The notes below the pieces were generated by a model. It saw nothing but the letters and a program-made list of their open reading frames with translations, was not told the origin of the DNA and searched no databases. Shown one piece after another: positions 60,727-64,000 of a stretch of 64,000 nucleotides of DNA; position 1 is the stretch's first letter, and the number at the start of each line of letters is the position of its first letter. The stretch spans positions 10,230,001-10,294,000 of the forward strand of contig JBHGNT010000012.1 in NCBI GenBank assembly GCA_043228905.1. The letters are read 5' to 3'. Origin of the DNA: Azolla caroliniana (taxonomy: Eukaryota > Plantae > Polypodiophyta). The translations under genes and the position numbers were made by a program.

Positions 60727-62765
60727 ATGGAAAATCAACCGGAGGCTAGCAACATGATGATGATGTTCGAGCGCATGCTACAAGAACAACACGCGATGTC
60801 GGAGATAGCGGCATCAGTGGAGCGGCTCGTGCAACGAAACGGGCAATTCAACGGGAAAGACATGTCGCGGTATCTTCGGGACTACAAGGCGGAGATGCTA
60901 CGGTGCGGAATATCGGAAGGACTGCAAGTGACGTCCTTCAACCGGGTGGCGACCGACGGGCTTCAAGCAAGCATCCATGGGGTACGACAACAAAATCCGA
61001 CATGGGAGGCGTTTGAAGAAGAGCTAAAGAGGACGTTCGCCATCGAGGATTCCTCCAAGGCGACGCGAAGGGGATTCGAAGATTGGGTGCAGACGCCGGA
61101 CAAGGGATTGAAGGTCGTTGATGTGTTTTCGGCATTCGAAAGCCGGTTCGGGAGATTGTCCGCGAGAGATCAAGCTATCCTTGTACCGGACAAGGTGATC
61201 ATGTTCTTGCGAGCCGTGGACGTCCGGGACCGGAAAGATCTCGGAGTGCTCTTGGAAGACACGACCACGGAGAGCGGCCTCACCGAAACATGGGAAAGCG
61301 TGCGGGATATCGTCGCGCGATACACGAAGAGGGGGCAATGGCTTGCCGATGAGGAAAAGAGGGTTTCGGAACCGATTCCGAAACCGAGAACCGGATTGGA
61401 AGACCATCAACTGAGGGCTCGAGAGACTACAACCGAGAAGGGGATTGATGCATCTACGGTGGAGCAACTATTGAAGGAGATGGAGAATCTGAAGATCGCG
61501 ATGGTGAAGAAGTCGGATGACCGCCCCACAAGCTCCAAGTATACGGACCGACGGTGCATATGGTGCGATAGCGCCGAACACGATCGGAGGGATTGCGACG
61601 AGCATAAGGAGGCGCTACGGCGGGATCTCATCTACTACGAGGGAAACCGGATTCATTCGATGGACTCTCGGAAGCCACTCCGACCGAACTTCCGGAAAGG
61701 CGGCATGAAGAAGGTGCTCGAGGAGGAATTGGCGGCAAGAAGCAACTATGCGACAACCGCGGGAATATGTGTCGGGGAGTCATCGAGAGCAAAGACGTCT
61801 TTTTGGCCGGAAGTTCTAGAAAACACCGAGAAAACCGACTCTAACGAGATCCGAAGCACCGCGGAAGGCGTCCGGGAAGCTACGGGATGGGAGTGCCCTG
61901 TCGACAAGAATAGCGTATACGCCCTGTGTCAATTGCATAAGGTGTATGTGGACGAGAAACGACGACGCACGGAGGATGCGGCCGGGCCATCAAAGATACC
62001 GGAAAGCTGGAACTCCAGAGGTAAGGGAAAAGAAAAGGCGACTCCGGCATTCAAGCTCGCCTCGGACATAGAACAACAAACCGACTTGAAAAGAGTGTTC
62101 GAGGAAAGAATCTTGGATAGCCGGGTAGATTTCTCGCTTCGGGAGCTACTCGGAATAGCAAAGAAGGAGTTCCACGATCTTCTCGTGGATCTCGTGAAGC
62201 GAAAAAGACAAAGTACGGAGGAAAATGCTCCGAGGGTGAATGCGAACACCGTTTTAATGAACGACACCGAAGTGGAGGACGAAATTCCGAACTCCCACTA
62301 TACAAGGCCACATTGGGCACGCGCGACTACGGAGACTCCGGTCCGAATCGGCAACATCAAAGAACCCGTGCTAGCATTGATTGATCACAGATCGGAGATC
62401 AACTTGATGTCCAAGGAGTTCTACCGGAAGGGGAAGTGGCCTATTAACACCAACCATGGATGGAAGATTCGGGCGGCCACCAAAGCAACGGAAGATCTAT
62501 TTGCGACTTGTCCGGATGTGACGATGAAGATCGGGGATGTCGAGATCGACCAAAATTTCTTCGTGCAAGATGAGGTTTCACATTCCGTCATCCTCGGCCC
62601 TTTATCACGGCATCACTGATGGAGACGAAGGTGCTCGATAGCGGTGCGGCTTTTGCACGAATTCGGAGCCAAAACGGTGGGAAATCCGTCCAATTCCTAA
62701 CGGTGCCGGCAAATCACGAAAGGAACAAGAAGGAACTCTTGTCCCAAGTGAGAATGGATTTTTAA
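60727..62765 (+). pseudogene. gag-protease of B2
   Basis: 630-aa ORF with CIWCDSAEH knuckle and LIDHRSEINLM; small deletion near 62600 shifts the last ~50 codons relative to B1. Confidence 0.85.
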
Positions 62766-62819
62766 AGCGGACTGTTGTGGAGTGGGGAAGTGATAGTCCG
62801 AGAAGCCCTGATACCCCAC
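62756..62819 (+). promoter_or_regulatory. Predicted -1 ribosomal frameshift signal in B2
   Basis: GGATTTT, 5-nt spacer, stem CGGACTGTT/GATAGTCCG, loop GTGGGG pairing with downstream CCCCAC. Confidence 0.7.
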
Positions 62820-64000
62820 ACAGGAAGAAAACTCTCGGAGCAAAACATGTACGAATCGGTCTGGATGGGGCATCTACGTACACGACCGTAACCGGAGGAT
62901 TGAAGAAAGGATACCGACAAGTGGAGGATAAGTTGCGGTCGGCATCAATAGTAAAAGAAGATGAAGAAATCGTGGGGATAGTCGAAGAAGTGTTCTATGG
63001 GAGCACGCTACAACGACTTGAAGAGCTTGCGGAAGATAAAAGCCAAGGGAACCGGGTAGTCCCGGTGGAATCGGTCGAGATGTACGAGATCATTGCGAAA
63101 ATGGAGCCGGATACGCTACGCAAAGAAGAAGCAATGGTAAGTACGAAATACAAGACCGTGGAGAAGAAGGTGAAACCGGCCGCGGGACCACTACCCGCCA
63201 ATACCGAACAAAAGAGGAAAGAAGTCTCGGGAGACCCGACACTTCGGAAGACCGTGGATATCGGACATGCCTTCACGGATGAGACCCGGAAGAAACTTCG
63301 GATCGGTGGAGGTGGGTTCCTATTACAAAAAGAAGAAGAACGGTTTCGCGAGATGTTGGAGCAATACGGCAAAGCATTTGCATTTACATCAAGGGAGATA
63401 GGGTGCGTCGATCCGAGAATAGTGGAGCCGATGGTGATCTTTACGATTGACCATGTACCGTGGAACCTGAAGCCGACTCCGGTGCCACGAGCGCATATTC
63501 CGAAAGTCATTGACTTGCTCAAGGCGAAGGTGGCGATGGAGATTCTAGAGCCATCAACTGCTCCGTACTCAAATCGATGGTTTACGGTTCCGAAGAAGAA
63601 TGGGTCACTCCGATTTATCCAAGACTTGCAACCGGTGAATAAGGTCACGATCCGGAACTCGGGAGTCGGTCCGATAGTGGACGAATTTGCGGAAGCTTTT
63701 GCCGGTCGTGCGATATACTCCATCGGAGACCTATACTCGGGGTATGACCAATTCCAACTAGCCGTGGAGAGCCGAGACATCACAACCATGCGAACACCGA
63801 TAGGATTAGTCCGAATGTGCACACTACCACAAGGAGCGACAAACTCGGTTGCTCATATGATGAACGCGATGAACAAGGTGCTTCGAGACTGCATTCCGGA
63901 GATAACGATGTCGTTCCTCGATGACCTTCCGATGAAAGGATGCGCGGTAGAAGAAAAAGATGAGACTATGGATGATCGGGGATGCCGAAAGTTCGTGGTC

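Larger units (their letters stand above)
60059..64000 (+). mobile_element. Ty3/Gypsy family B copy B2 (continues beyond window)
   Basis: LTR 60059-60686, PBS 60691-60707, gag-PR, start of RT; close copy of B1 in opposite orientation. Confidence 0.93.

Overview
Eukaryotic, transposon-saturated DNA, probably from a non-seed land plant (inference from plant-type tRNA primer sites, TTTAGGG-like repeats and CG-decay stops). No host housekeeping gene is recognisable. Most of the window is nested Ty3/Gypsy LTR retrotransposons of two families. Family A has five copies or fragments, four of which retain a large extra ORF after pol. Family B has two copies with a tRNA-Trp PBS and a -1 frameshift signal between protease and RT. 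There is also an intact two-ORF LINE and a decayed L1-type fragment. The most notable structure is a 15.9-kb cut-and-paste DNA transposon (21043-36931) with 35-bp TIRs, a 4-bp TSD (ATGG) and an intact Sola1-like DDD transposase. Divergent from the transposase it carries a spliced, now disabled cargo gene encoding a ParB-like domain fused to a beta-class (N6A/N4C-type) DNA methyltransferase. The predicted first intron of that gene holds about 20 copies of a 23-bp palindrome. The element has inserted into the transposase of an older relative, which shows the same layout and a homologous intronic palindrome array. A minimal type I hammerhead ribozyme next to telomere-like repeats lies inside the inner element. 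All calls are by eye; no alignments or database searches were run.
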